A DNA stretch of 63,474 nt, filler included, from Octopus bimaculoides (lineage: Eukaryota), in NCBI RefSeq assembly GCF_001194135.2. It is 6 parts of 6 records of this genome, joined end to end, with 100 filler letters (N's around TTAATTAATTAA, not from the genome) between each part and the next. Parts side by side here need not be neighbours in the genome. Positions count along the whole stretch, not along the records: positions 43,108 to 50,711 come from NC_068995.1; positions 50,812 to 63,474 come from NC_068990.1; 4 more parts are not named here. One strand, written 5' to 3'. Of the stretch, positions 48,424 to 62,409 are shown in pieces. Within the stretch, counting starts at the first letter, position 1, and the number at the start of each line of letters is the position of its first letter. The translations under genes were made by a program, and so were the position numbers. Under the pieces are notes generated by a model. The model was not told where the DNA came from and made no database searches. It was given only the letters and a program-made list of their open reading frames with translations.

Positions 48424-49676
48424 TTAATATCTCACTTGTCAATGAACATACAATTCTGCAGCCGATATAATTACTCTTTTTCTGATACGATGATAAACAC
48501 TTTATGTCAGCAGTTTTCTTCTCTCTTTCTTTCTTTTTTCTTTCTTCCTGTTACGTATAAATACCATCCGTGACTAACATGAAAATTTTACCTAATAATG
48601 TTCTTTCTCTGATGATACGGTTATCGCTCGCCACTGAAACTGTTGTAAAGGGTACAGGTTATTAACTATATCTGCCTTGTCTTTACTTTGTTCACACACA
48701 CACACACATACGTTGAACAAGTAGTGGGATAATAGCGACTTCGAAATTTCGGGCTGCAAGCCTTCGAAGTCACTATGAACACACTCTTCTTGTAAAAGTT
48801 TAAAAATAAACTCTACTAAAAATCATTGAATAATTTTTCTGTTAAATGTTGAATTATTCATGTATACATACATACATATATGCATACATACATACATACA
48901 TACATACATTCATACATTCATATATACATACATACATACAAACATACATTTATATATACACATATACATATATACATGCATATATATATATATATACTCA
49001 CACATATATAGGCATATATATATTTATATGTGTGTATTTATGTAAATATATGTGTGTGTATATGTATGCATGTATGTGTATATATTTTCATACATATATA
49101 CATGTATATGCACATGCATTTATAGATATATATATATATATGTGTGTATACACACACACACACACACACACACACAGATATATACACATACTTATATATG
49201 TACATATAAATAAATGTATGTGTATACAAGTATATATGTATGTGTGTATGTATGTATGTATGTATGTATGCATGTACAGGCGTACATATATGAATACTGT
49301 AGCTGTTCGATGGAGCCAAAGTTTATATACATCTTGTCATTGGTTCAATGTGAGTATTCCTTTCACAGACTGACATGCATATGTACTTTTAAGTTAATCC
49401 CAAGGCAGGCCATAGTAAAAAGTGCGATATTGGGTACTGCAAAGCTTTGAATTCCAGGTATGATCCATCCGACTGGTTTCCTCCACAAGTTCTCCGCCTG
49501 TGCAATTTCATTGACACGCGCGCACAATGCACACACGCACGTCTTCGAGCATATACAAGCGCGTGAGAGTGTGATGTGTATGTATGTGTGTGTGTGATAC
49601 ATATGTGTGTGTTTATGTATGCACATGCATATACAGATGCGCATACGCGCACACACGCACAGGCACGCACATACAC

Positions 49677-49739
<63 letters not shown>

Positions 49740-49761
49740 TATACNNNNNNNNNNGACAGAC

Positions 49762-49824
<63 letters not shown>

Positions 49825-49964
49825 CGTGCACCTATACTTGTACATGTGGATATAAGAACGACTGTACGTATTTACGTGAATGCATGTGTGTGTGTGTATG
49901 CGTGTGTGTCTGTGTCTGTATGTCTGTGTCTGCATGTCTGTGTCTGTGTGCGTGCTTGCTTGCC

Positions 49965-49996
<32 letters not shown>

Positions 49997-50672
49997 TGTG
50001 TGTGTCTGTGTGTGCGTGTGCGTGCATACGTGCAATGCATGAACTCTGAATCGATTCTCTACCGACTCAATCCCCAACGCTCCAGCCCAGCTCCTCCTCC
50101 GAGTCTCTTGGAAATCCTTCCAGTGATTACAGTTGATTAACAACTACAAACTTCGTGTAATAAATCTTATATCTCATGACAGTGATTTCTTTCCGGTTTC
50201 ATCTCTTTATTATATTTATTTATTTACTTACTTACTTACTCACTCATTCATTATTTCATCTCTCTTTGTCTTCTTTCATTCTTCCTTTATTTCTTTCGTT
50301 CTTCCCTTCTTTCTTTCTTTCTTTCTTTCCTTCTTTTTACATAATAACTAACTGTGTGATAAATCCGCCGATCGTGTTCCACTAGTTTCTCGCATGCACA
50401 AAAATATCAAAATATAAATCTATTTACCTATACGATTTCTGTGAATGAATCAAAGACGTGCTGGTCTACGTGAAATATTGATTTTGTACCGGTCTCACTG
50501 GAATGTGAAGCTATCAGCCTAGTCGGAAAGCATATAATAAACGGCCTATTCATAAAAATCTTCTCTGAATAACGACTCTAAACGTGCTAAGCGGTATGAC
50601 GCAAGTAAAACGTTGAACCAAGCTCGCTGTCTTCTTCGTTTTCGTATTGTGTTGTATTATATCGTATGTACT

Positions 50673-50711
<39 letters not shown>

Positions 50712-50755
50712 NNNNNNNNNNNNNNNNNNNNNNNNNNNNNNNNNNNNNNNNNNNN

Positions 50756-50767
50756 TTAATTAATTAA
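50756..50767. other. Artificial scaffold linker TTAATTAATTAA
   Basis: N44-linker-N44. Confidence 0.97.
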
Positions 50768-50884
50768 NNNNNNNNNNNNNNNNNNNNNNNNNNNNNNNNN
50801 NNNNNNNNNNNTATATATATATATATATATATATATGATATATGATGTGATAAATATAACATAATATATAATATTATATAGGTA

Positions 50885-51275
50885 CAGGTGTGGCTGTGTG
50901 GTAAGAAGCTTGCTTCCCAACCACCATGCTTCTGGGTTCAGTCCCACTGCGTGGTTCCTTGGGCAAGTGTCTTCTATTATAGCCTCGGGCCAACCAAAGC
51001 CTGGTGAATGGATTTGGTAGGAGGAAAATGAAAGAAGCCTATGGTGTATGTATATATATATATCCATGTGAGAGTGACTTTGTGTTTGTCCTCCCCACCA
51101 TTGCTTGACAACCGGTGCTGGTGTGTTTGAGTCCATGTAACCTAGCGGTTCGGCCAAAGAGACCGATAGAATAAGTAAAAAAAAAGTATTGGATTCGATT
51201 TATTTGACTAAAACCCTTCAAGGTGGTGCCCCAGCATGGCCGCAGTCTAATGACTGAAATAAATAAAAGATAAAA
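50885..51275 (+). mobile_element. SINE family A, full length
   Basis: gtgtggctgtgtggtaagaagcttgcttccc...gcatggccgcagtctaatgactgaaataaataaaagataaaaga. Confidence 0.92.
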
Positions 51276-52494
51276 GATATATATATAATTTCCACATTTG
51301 TAATAATATTTCGTTTTCTTAATAATGACTTCCTATATAAGGTTTGCGAATGCATGCGTGCGCGTCCGCGTGATCGTGCTATCTTTTGTTATAGTGTGTA
51401 ATCGAAATGCAAGTGAAAGTGTATGCATTACATAGTACAGGCCAGGGCTATCGATAGGCAACTTTCTATTTAGAACGAGACTACTTTAGAGTCACCCATC
51501 CAATAATTATTTAAAAAGCAGTATCATTTTAATTATATATTTATTACCAGATATCATAGAACGATTCTATGGTTTTTCATTTTTAAAAGAAAATGCCATT
51601 TTTATTCATTGTTTCTTTTATCATGTTTGCAATCTCAGAACATGTTTTCTCACAAAGTCTTCAGAAGATAAACATCTTTCTTGATTCTTAAACACACAAT
51701 CTATATTTTAGCGGAAACGTATGATAAATGTTGTCTGTTCAATATGTATGGAATCAGTTATTACATCAGCTATTATTGAATAATATTTTGTCTTTGATCT
51801 TTCAAAGACTATGTGTTTCAAAACGAGATCAGAGCAAAGAGAAATAAATTCATTTTGCGTTTCAGATGACAAATAATGTGCCTGTAGCCTTTCTCCTTTT
51901 CGCTAGCTTTCTTTGAACTTGCTGACATGGGTTTCGAGTACGGTATCCCAGTGAGACAAAAGTTCAACCAGATCCTCAACATATAACCATTGTGAACACC
52001 GCCAATGCTTCCCCACCTTTCACCCTAAAATAAAATAATGTCAAGCAAATGGTGTAAAGTAATTTGTCCAGCAAACCTTCTCTATTTCGAGATGTTTATG
52101 CAGATCCGTTTCGTAGACTATACTAGTTCATGCAAAGTTTAAGCTAAAAACTAACCTCGTTTATAAATCCTTACAATGAATTTCCACAAATTCATACGTG
52201 TCCATATCTGATTTCGTAGCAGTTAAGGAAGGTGAAGCTCTGCTGAAATCTGTCTAGTCAAATTTCTGCACAGGTCTATATAACACCTTGGGTTAATATT
52301 CGTTGTAGGAAAACTTTTACACCGAAGGAATATTTGACCAGTGTCTGGTTTACCTTTATTGAACATCTTTGGAAAGCTTTTTTATTTATAAGACATAGAG
52401 AATTACTTGCTTGTGTCACTATATCCTTCAGCTTATAGGAGAGAAATGGCCTTTGCTAAATTATATAATGATTTCAAATTTTATCACAAGGCCA

Positions 52495-52635
52495 GTAATG
52501 AGCCCGAGGTCGACATCACCTTTCATACTGGTACTTATTTTATTACGAATTCGAAAGGATAAAAGGCAAAGTCGACCTCGGCGGAATTTGAACGCAGAAC
52601 GTGAAGACAGACAAAATAACGCTAAGCATTTTGCC
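52495..52635 (-). mobile_element. SINE family B fragments
   Basis: ctggtacttattt...aaggcaaagtcgacctcggcggaatttgaac. Confidence 0.75.
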
Positions 52636-52671
52636 TTTGCTAAATTTCATAATGTACCCGAACTCAATGGC

Positions 52672-52755
52672 AAGTTATTAGTTCTATTTTTCATAGATTT
52701 AAGTGTGGCGTTCGATACACTTGATTACGACGTCTTTATGTATCGTCTTTTATTA
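52672..52755 (+). mobile_element. LINE reverse-transcriptase fragment (CR1/L2-like)
   Basis: LLVLFFIDLSVAFDTLDYDVFMYRL matches the RT motif LDLS.AFDT.DH..L..RL. Confidence 0.65.
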
Positions 52756-54577
52756 GTTTTCGTAATATGCTTGTTGAGTGGTTCAGTTCGTACCTCTGCA
52801 AACGATCATTTCTAGAACGTCTTTGCACATAGATTTGACACATTAGGAATGATCTTGTACAAACGAGTAACATCAACAACAAAAACAACAGCAACAGCTA
52901 CATCAAAACACCACGAACATAGACTCACAGATGAAAAGCCACCAACTAGCTTACGTGAAGTTACACGTCAATGGACTCCAAACTCGGATCCGTACTTCAA
53001 TCCAGTCTGCATGCTCGTATTTAGGAAAGCATATTGAAGCAGCAACTGATTTGTAGTCAGCTTCACGAAAGTGTATCCACCAAACATAGGGCTTGAACAA
53101 CGTCAGTTGATGGAGAGTCAAGTAACACTTTTAGTGCACGCATTGATACCACTTATGGAAGACCAATGGTACTTGATTGCAGAGTGACACTGGTTTCGGT
53201 AAACGAACCCCAACTCTACTCTTTTACACATCACTCTTTTATAAACTCCTCCTCCCTCGCTCTCTCTCTCTCTTTCTCTCTCTTTGTCTCTGTCTGTCTG
53301 TCTGTCAGTCTGTCCTTCTGCCTGTCTCTCCTCTCTCTGTACGACGGAAAATTGGTAAATCACTCTGTAGCACATTGAACAATGTTACCAGTGATTCTCA
53401 AACGAAGTAGGATGTTCACACAACTGAAAGCCTTTTAAACACGCTCTATGCTTGCTGGTTCTGCTGTTAAACAACAACACCAGCAACTACAACAGCTATC
53501 ACCATCCCCACATAAGCAGCAGGGACAATGGCGACAGCGTTGGAGATGGCGGCGATGGCGGTAGGGACGTCGGTGGCTTCATCATCATCATCAGCAGCAG
53601 CCGCAGCAGAGGCGGTGGCGGCGGCAGAAGCGGCAGCAGGTCTGATATAGTTGTTTGGAATTAGAAAGAAAAATGCCTCACTGTTGTAGAGGCCAGTTAC
53701 TCAACGGATGTGAGCATTTCTTTCAAAATCAGTAAATAAAAGACTATTTATAAGGATAACCGCTTTTGAAATCACAGCCTCTCTTGCCAGAGTTTAAAAT
53801 TGCTGCATCAGGTCAGGTTTCATACATAGTTTTTAATTGGTAATATTGGAAACTTGAAACTTTCAGGCAAAAAAAAAAAAAAAAAAAATGCCAATCTTAG
53901 AGTTTTCAATAAAATCAATTACATGTTGGCTATCTCAGTGTAGCTGTGAAAAGGCAGACAGAATTCTGTTCCATTATTCTTTATTATTATTTCATAAATT
54001 TAAAAGGCCGCGAGCTGACAGGATCCTTTGTACGTCTGACAGACAGTTTAGCAGCATTTCATCTGCTTCCATCGCTTTGTTTTTTAAAGTTCAAATGAGC
54101 CCGAGGTCGACATCACCTTTCATCCTTTCAGGNNNNNNNNNNNNNNNNNNNNNNNNNNNNNNNNNNNNNNNNNNNNNNNNNNNNNNNNNNNNNNNNNNNN
54201 NNNNNNNNNNNNNNNNNNNNNNNNNNNNNNNNNNNNNNNNNNNNNNNNNNNNNNNNNNNNNNNNNNNNNNNNNNNNNNNNNNNNNNNNNNNNNNNNNNNN
54301 NNNNNNNNNNNNNNNNNNNNNNNNNNNNNNNNNNNNNNNNNNNNNNNNNNNNNNNNNNNNNNNNNNNNNNNNNNNNNNNNNNNNNNNNNNNNNNNNNNNN
54401 NNNNNNNNNNNNNNNNNNNNNNNNNNNNNNNNNNNNNNNNNNNNNNNNNNNNNNNNNNNNNNNNNNNNNNNNNNNNNNNNNNNNNNNNNNNNNNNNNNNN
54501 NNNNNNNNNNNNNNNNNNNNNNNNNNNNNNNNNNNNNNNNNNNNNNNNNNNNNNNNNNNNNNNNNNNNNNNNNNNNN

Positions 54578-54745
54578 ACACACACACACACAAGATGGGT
54601 TTCTTTCTGTTTGCGTCTTCCAAATTCACTCACAAAGTTTTGGTCGGCCCGAAGCTAAAGCAGAAGACACTTGCTCAAGGTGTCACACAGTGGGACTGAA
54701 CCTAGAACCATGTGGTTGGAAAGCAAGCTTCTTACCTCACAGCCT
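54578..54745 (-). mobile_element. SINE family A, 5' part
   Basis: ttcactcacaaagttttggtcggcccgaag...gcaagcttcttacctcacagcc. Confidence 0.85.
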
Positions 54746-55534
54746 ATGGCAGACATTTCACACGTCAGTGAAATAGAACATGACCGGAAGGTGATGCTAA
54801 AAAGTGTCTCGGATTATGTGGTGACCCATCAAACGGGATTCTGAACTGTTTCTGTCAGCCAAATTTCACATACAAGATCTTGAACAGCTCGAAACTACTG
54901 GAGTTCCTGGCAGTAAAACTGCAAAGCGAACTTCTTAACTATAAAGTCATGTATTATTAAGTTTGATAGTTATACCTAGATAGAAATAGTAGCCAAATTC
55001 TTCTCACACAACATATTACACATTGTAAAAACGCATTGGATAATGTGCTTTTACGTTAGATAATGTAGTCCAAGATATACGATATCTGACAAATAGGACG
55101 TGATGGTTTTTGCGTGGAATGTCTTTGAGTATAGATCTGACTCATTAGGGGTGACCTAGTGCAAGAGAACCATAACAACAAGAATAACAACACGAACAAC
55201 GTCCACATATGCGCATAAAGGAAAGGCTACCAACTGATTCACTCATGTTACTCAATAACACAGTCCAAACTCAGCTCCGTAGACATGATGCTGCTTCTCT
55301 CTGCCTTTGGTATCACCACTACGAAAGGCTCTATCCATTGGAGATGGTTGGTTCCCTGCTATTTGAAGTTAGGCACTGAAGACATGCTCACATGTTCTCA
55401 TTAGTTACATGGTGTTCTCCATCTCACGAACACACTAACCACTACATCTGGGTTTTCACATCAATATAAGATATCCCCACTGGCTTGTGAATGTTTAAAA
55501 GATACATTAATTGAATCGATCTCACTGATCTAGA

Positions 55535-55885
55535 AATGTCAGTAAAGGCCACGGGCAACGGGTCATTGACAACGAGTAACAGGTATTGCCCCTTCCTTCA
55601 GTACTGAGAGAATCTATGAAGACCATGAGCAATGGGTATTGATCCTTCTTCGTAAACTGGAAAGGGTCTGTGAAGGCCATGGCAGTAAACCCTTTCTTCA
55701 GAATGCGGAGACTCTGCAAGAGCCACGGGCACTACTCCTTCCTCCAGGATTGGTGGTGATGGGTCTGTGCAGGCCGTGGGCATTGGCTGTTCCTCCAAGA
55801 GTGGTGACAGGGTGCGTATGTGAAGGCTATGCGCATTGCCCCTCTCTCCAGGAATGGAAGGGTCAGAGCAGGCAATGGGCACAAA
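55535..55885. repeat. Degenerate ~50-bp GC-rich minisatellite (about 7 units)
   Basis: Recurring gggtctgtgMaggccRtgggca...ccttcYtccagRa core. Confidence 0.75.
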
Positions 55886-56612
55886 CCTACAGAACGTTCA
55901 CACACACACACACATACACATAAATTATGTGCATACATATGCATTCTCATACACGTACGCACTAAAAAATAATCTAACATGCTCTCACACACAATCATAT
56001 ATAGTGAGTGTGTATGTGTGAGAGTGTGAAACTGTGTATATGTAACTGTATGTGTACCTGGAGTTGTATCAATGTGTGCGTGTACAAGTGCAAGTATACA
56101 TGTGTGTATGCGTCAGTGTGTGTATGTGTGTACCTATCTGTGTGTGTGTGTGTGAAATATTTTAGATAATCCACATTTCACACCATTACTCACTTCTCAC
56201 AACACATCAACAATTCAATTTAGCAGAGACACCACTACCTTCACCACCACCACCACCACCACCACCACCACCACCTTCACCACCACCACCACTACCTCTG
56301 CCATCACCTCTGCTGCTGCCACCGCCCGTACCCCCCCACTTATAAATAAATACATTGACCATGTTAATCGTATCAAGTGATTATCAGTTAATTGTCACCG
56401 AGAGAAGTGATTAACAGTCTTAATCTAACCAAATACCAACAATATAAACAGCCGGAAGTCAGATATCATTTACTGTACAACATCTTCCATCTTCTACCGC
56501 CTTTACTTCATATTTCTTACCTCTTGTCTCTGTCATCGTCATCATGATCACTGTCACCATAACCACCACCACCATCACCATGTGTGTGTATGTGTGTGCG
56601 TGTGTTAACGAA

Positions 56613-56653
<41 letters not shown>

Positions 56654-57019
56654 NNNNNNNNNNNNNNNNNNNNNNNNNNNNNNNNNNNNNNNNNNNNNNN
56701 NNNNNNNNNNNNNNNNNNNNNNNNNNNNNNNNNNNNNNNNNNNNNNNNNNNNNNNNNNNNNNNNNNNNNNNNNNNNNNNNNNNNNNNNNNNNNNNNNNNN
56801 NNNNNNNNNNNNNNNNNNNNNNNNNNNNNNNNNNNNNNNNNNNNNNNNNNNNNNNNNNNNNNNNNNNNNNNNNNNNNNNNNNNNNNNNNNNNNNNNNNNN
56901 NNNNNNNNNNNNNNNNNNNNNNNNNNNNNNNNNNNNNNNNNNNNNNNNNNNNNNNNNNNNNNNNNNNNNNNNNNNNNNNNNNGGCCTGTCCTTACGTTGA
57001 AAGTGTTTGAAAAAACATT

Positions 57020-57370
57020 GTCTTTGTGTATGTCCCGTAACCTAGCGGCGCGACTAAAAGACTTAGAAAAATAAGTACTGGCGTATGTGTTCAATGACTG
57101 AAACAGATCTCGCTTTATAAACATATGTATGTGTGTGTTTGTATGTGTGTGTTTGTATGTGTTTGTCCCCCCCACCACCACCATCGCTTGACAACTGATG
57201 TTGATGTGTTTATGTCTCCGTAGCTTAGCTGTTCGGCAATAAAAGAAAAAAACCCCAAAAGCCTGATAGAATAAGTACTAGGCTTATAAAGAATAAGTCC
57301 TAGGGTCGATTTGTTCGACTAAAGGCGGTGTTCTAGCATGGCCGCAGTCAAATGACAGAAACAAGTTAAA
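57020..57370 (+). mobile_element. SINE family A, 3' parts (partly duplicated)
   Basis: gtcccgtaacctagcgg twice; gggtcgatttgttcgactaaaggcggtg...gcatggccgcagtcaaatgac. Confidence 0.8.
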
Positions 57371-57389
57371 AAATAAAACAATATATATG

Positions 57390-57548
57390 TGTACAACGGG
57401 CTTCTTTCAGTTTCCTTCTACCAAATCTACTCACAAGGCTTTGGTCGGCTCGAGGCTATAGCAAAAAGCACTTGCCCAAGATGCCACGCAGTGGGACTGA
57501 ACCCGGAACCATGTAGTTGGTAAGCAAGCTACTTACCACACAGCCACT
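57390..57548 (-). mobile_element. SINE family A, 5' part
   Basis: acgggcttctttcagtttcc...ctacttaccacacagccac. Confidence 0.9.
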
Positions 57549-57575
57549 GTATGTATGTATGTATGTATGTATGTA

Positions 57576-57619
<44 letters not shown>

Positions 57620-57948
57620 TGTGTGTGTGTGTGTGGGTGGGTGTATGTGTGTGTGTATAAACGAAAACAAAGGAAGAAAGAAAAGAACTGCATGCATCAA
57701 TCCTTTACGATACACAGGTATAGACACAGTTTTCGATTGAATTGAAGTGATTGATTCAATCAGATTTTGTGTATTTAAGTCCAGTGATCGAATCCGGCGT
57801 TCAGGAAATTTTTTTTTCTCACTTACGGGGATCGATAATGCGCTAAAGTTAGGTGTGTTGCATTGACACAATTTTCGAAACTGTAGACATTGTGTAAGCA
57901 TTACTGCATGTGTGATGTACACAGTCTGTCTATCTATCTATCTATCTA

Positions 57949-57985
<37 letters not shown>

Positions 57986-58589
57986 TTTTGTAGCTTACTC
58001 CTCTGTGTGAAATAGGTCGTTTTCCCGGGGAGAGAAAGCTGCGATCATCTGAGCTTGAAACAGATGTCAAGTGTGAGAGATTAGATTGATGTCATAAAAC
58101 AAAGAAAACTGGAAAGCCTGGAAAGAAAGAAAGAAAGAAAGAAAGAGAGAGGGAGAGAGAGAAAGAGAGAGAGAGACACACACACACGCACACACGCACA
58201 CGTCGCGAAAGACAGAAAGAAAGAGAGAGGTCGGAGAGAGGGANNNNNNNNNNNNNNNNNNNNNNNNNNNNNNNNNNNNNNNNNNNNNNNNNNNNNNNNN
58301 NNNNNNNNNNNNNNNNNNNNNNNNNNNNNNNNNNNNNNNNNNNNNNNNNNNNNNNNNNNNNNNNNNNNNNNNNNNNNNNNNNNNNNNNNNNNNNNNNNNN
58401 NNNNNNNNNNNNNNNNNNNNNNNNNNNNNNNNNNNNNNNNNNNNNNNNNNNNNNNNNNNNNNNNNNNNNNNNNNNNNNNNAATAAAAGAGGGTAGATATG
58501 TTCGTACTTTATAAACCCATTGGTGCATATTAGCATCGCTGAGTATTGGTTTCTCTGGTTGAGTTTAAAATGACAAAGAGGGCCGTGTG

Positions 58590-58639
<50 letters not shown>

Positions 58640-58959
58640 AATATATAGATATATGCATATATCCATACATATATGTACATACCTACATCTATATGTATAC
58701 ATACATCCATATATGGGTACAGGACTTCAAAAAATAAAAAAAAACGTTTAACACAGACAACTGACGAAGGGATACACTCTTTATGTTGCATGTCTTGTTT
58801 CTCTGTTTGTTTGTTTTTTTTCGTTGTTCGAAAAAAGTTCGTTTTCTGTTTTCATGTTAATGTTTTCGTTTTTCGTTTCTCATTGCGTTTCAGGCTTTTT
58901 TAATGTCCTGTACCCATATATGCATGTATGTATACATATAGAAGTAGGTACGTACACAA

Positions 58960-60326
58960 ATGTATGGATATATGCATATATCTATCTAACATGACTGGTG
59001 TACGAAACGATATCCTGTTCTTCGGAATGCCACCAAGATTATCGTTAACTCCAACAATTCTCGGTAATATTTGACTGTTGTTTCTGCGGAGAAAGGTGAT
59101 ATTCAAGAAATCCAAGAACGGTAGAGTGGACATCACCAGGCACTTCATTGCTACTAGTTATGTAAACCTTCTTGTTGAGTTTCGTTCAGGTTTCTCTAAA
59201 TCTTTTGAAAAATACCATGTCTGGACCAGAAATTTGCACCCATCAGTGAGTCAAAACAGCTCCTAAAAACTAACTAAAAAATGTGACGGCAAAGGAAATA
59301 CAACAGGTCGCGATTGAACAACTTTTCTAGATTTGTACTGGCACCATTCACTTGACCTTTGTTGTTTGCTGTTGTATCACAGCAAAGTGCCTAAATTTTC
59401 TCGGTTATACCCCACTTCTCCACTGCTTGGTAAACAGCCATGGCTTGCTGTTCTCCTGAAGATGTTGGAATTTCAGGGACTCCCAACAATTGCTCTTTGC
59501 CTTGAAAAGTTACTATTATTGCCAGTCTATCAACCTTTTCAATGCCTGTGAGTGCTGGGAGCAGCTTTCCATCCCAGTGCAACACTAACTCTTGACAGTC
59601 GTTTAGGTTAAATTTGTACTGTATTTCTGTGTCTCGCTTCTCGAAGTTTTGTTCTAAGGCATAGATAATAAGTATGCAAAGTACAAAACATTATAAAAAC
59701 AGAGAGGTTATAAACATGGTATTACAACTTTGTCAGGGCTACCAACACCACAGGGGAAGATCTATATCATAATGATCCACAATAAAACGAATGAGTGCTT
59801 ACAAGTTATTACAAATAAATTAACTTATATTTACAAACGCGAACAAGTCATATTAGTTCACTGTTTATCACTAACGTATATTTCTAAATATTTAATTTCT
59901 CAACACTACCATTAGGTGCAGTACAATTCCTTCAACGGACGAACGCAACTCCCAACCTCACTCGCTCACGGCTGGCCGCTGACTGGTTGACAATGAAGAT
60001 AAGTGTTTGCCCTATAAATTCACTCTGTCCTCAGCTTTGCAAGTTGCCTTCCCCATTATGTCTATTGTTGCTTATCCTTCTATTACCAAGAATAAGTCTG
60101 AACAGGTTTTTAATCTAAGAGAAAATTATATAAGAGATAAAAAATTTTTATCTTAAAAAATGACTTTCCAGGCAAAAACTTCAAAATTTCATAGTCGATG
60201 AGGGTCGCCTTGCAGTTGTTTGACTGAGCTAAAATTTTGCATAGATTGTTCTTTTGTTAATTGGACCCAAGATAGTCGGGTGGGAGGTAAACTTTTATAG
60301 AAAGTTGAAAAATAAAGGCCACTCTA
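58960..60326 (-). mobile_element. hAT (hATm-like) transposon remnant
   Basis: LHWDGKLLPALTGIEKVDRLAI...EQLLGVP...CCDTT...NGAC...LCRH and YRELLELTI/LGGIP; terminus TAGAGTGGCC at 60326. Confidence 0.82.
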
Positions 60327-60520
60327 ATGTGTATATAATGTGCATGTGTATGTATTGCATCGGCAACACATGCTAAAATTGGAGTGATGCATGGTCCTAT
60401 GCACGTCGATACAAACCAAATTAGTAAAGCATTCAACCCCACCACGTACATTTACACACACACACATATATACAGACATATACACATCCATACAAACATG
60501 TGAGTCTATGTGCGTGTGTA

Positions 60521-60600
<80 letters not shown>

Positions 60601-61930
60601 CTTGACTGTGAAAGAGCTATTTGATAGCAGCAATATAAAGTTGGCAAATTCGCTGTAAATTTAAATTGATTTCATGATGTGCCAGATTCTTTTTTTGTCT
60701 GCTGTGAAACTGAATCAGTGACCAGGTCGCGGTTGTACAGCGAAGATTTTGTCACCTCGTAAAAGATATTAAAATTTAAAGTGAATTTAACAGCTTCCTA
60801 TGTTATTAATCGGCTCTTCCTTGATCTAGTTGCTTTAGTTTCAGCACACGACTTCTGATCGTTTGCTACACGTGTATATCTCCGAATACATACATACATA
60901 CATACATAACATGCATACGTATATGCAAACATACATAAGTACATTACATGCATACAAATATACATACATTCATACATACATAACTACATATATATATACG
61001 TATATACATACACACATACTTATATACATACATGCTTATNNNNNNNNNNNNNNNNNNNNNNNNNNNNNNNNNNNNNNNNNNNNNNNNNNNNNNNNNNNNN
61101 NNNNNNNNNNNNNNNNNNNNNNNNNNNNNNNNNNNNNNNNNNNNNNNNNNNNNNNNNNNNNNNNNNNNNNNNNNNNNNNNNNNNNNNNNNNNNNNNNNNN
61201 NNNNNNNNNNNNNNNNNNNNNNNNNNNNNNNNNNNNNNNNNNNNNNNNNNNNNNNNNNNNNNNNNNNNNNNNNNNNNNNNNNNNNNNNNNNNNNNNNNNN
61301 NNNNNNNNNNNNNNNNNNNNNNNNNNNNNNNNNNNNNNNNNNNNNNNNNNNNNNNNNNNNNNNNNNNNNNNNNNNNNNNNNNNNNNNNNNNNNNNNNNNN
61401 NNNNNNNNNNNNNNNNNNNNNNNNNNNNNNNNNNNNNNNNNNNNNNNNNNNNNNNNNNNNNNNNNNNNNNNNNNNNNNNNNNNNNNNNNNNNNNNNNNNN
61501 NNNNNNNNNNNNNNNNNNNNNNNNNNNNNNNNNNNNNNNNNNNNNNNNNNNNNNNNNNNNNNNNNNNNNNNNNNNNNNNNNNNNNNNNNNNNNNNNNNNN
61601 NNNNNNNNNNNNNNNNNNNNNNNNNNNNNNNNNNNNNNNNNNNNNNNNNNNNNNNNNNNNNNNNNNNNNNNNNNNNNNNNNNNNNNNNNNNNNNNNNNNN
61701 NNNNNNNNNNNNNNNNNNNNNNNNNNAGAGGAGTGGTCTGAACAATGTTGGTGTGGAAACAAAGAACAACTATAACAAAACAGGTGGCGCCACAGGCAGT
61801 TGAGGGTGTGAGACACACACACACACACACACTCACACACTCAGGCACACAATCACATTTATATATTCACATATACACACGTAGACACACACAAACACAC
61901 ACACACGTAGACACACACACACACACACAG

Positions 61931-61949
<19 letters not shown>

Positions 61950-61961
<12 letters not shown>

Positions 61962-62375
61962 CCTTTATCTTTTTATGTTTCACTCATTGGACTGCAGCCA
62001 TGTTGGGGCACCGCCTTGTTAGGGTTTACCGAACAAATCGATCTCAGTCTTTACATTTTTTTTTTCAAAACGAAGAACTTATTCTATTGGTCGTTTATGC
62101 CGAGCTTCTAAGTTATGGAGACGTAAACTAACGAACACCGGTTGTCAAGCGGTGGTGCAGGGCAAAACAGAAAGAATCACTCATTTAGATACGAAGAATT
62201 ATGCAGATATATATATTACATGATTGGTTTCTTTCACTTTCCGTCTACCAATTCCCTTCACAAGGTATTACTCGGCCTGAAGTTAATGTAGAAGTCTTTT
62301 GCTGAAGGTGCCGCATAGTAGGATTGAACTGAAGACCACATGGTTGGGAAGAAAGCTTCTTTTTCACATGGCCAC
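61950..62375 (-). mobile_element. SINE family A, tail (61950-62170) and head (62225-62375)
   Basis: cattggactgcagccatgttggggcaccgcc; gaccacatggttgggaagaaagctt. Confidence 0.8.
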
Positions 62376-62409
62376 GCCTATATATCTCGATGTGATAAAG
62401 TTTTCTGTT

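Noticed and set aside
48609-48650. CTGATGA...GAAAC spacing suggestive of a hammerhead
   Set aside because: The intervening 20 nt do not form stem II, and stems I and III are poor.
52849-53050. 62-aa ORF and an alternative Gln-rich frame
   Set aside because: Driven by AAC/CAG runs, with no splice signals or homology recognised.
1845-62131. Many ORFs rich in HT, YI, CV, MY, poly-I/L/Y/D/H/S or X
   Set aside because: They are translations of microsatellites and N gaps, with no splice or composition support.
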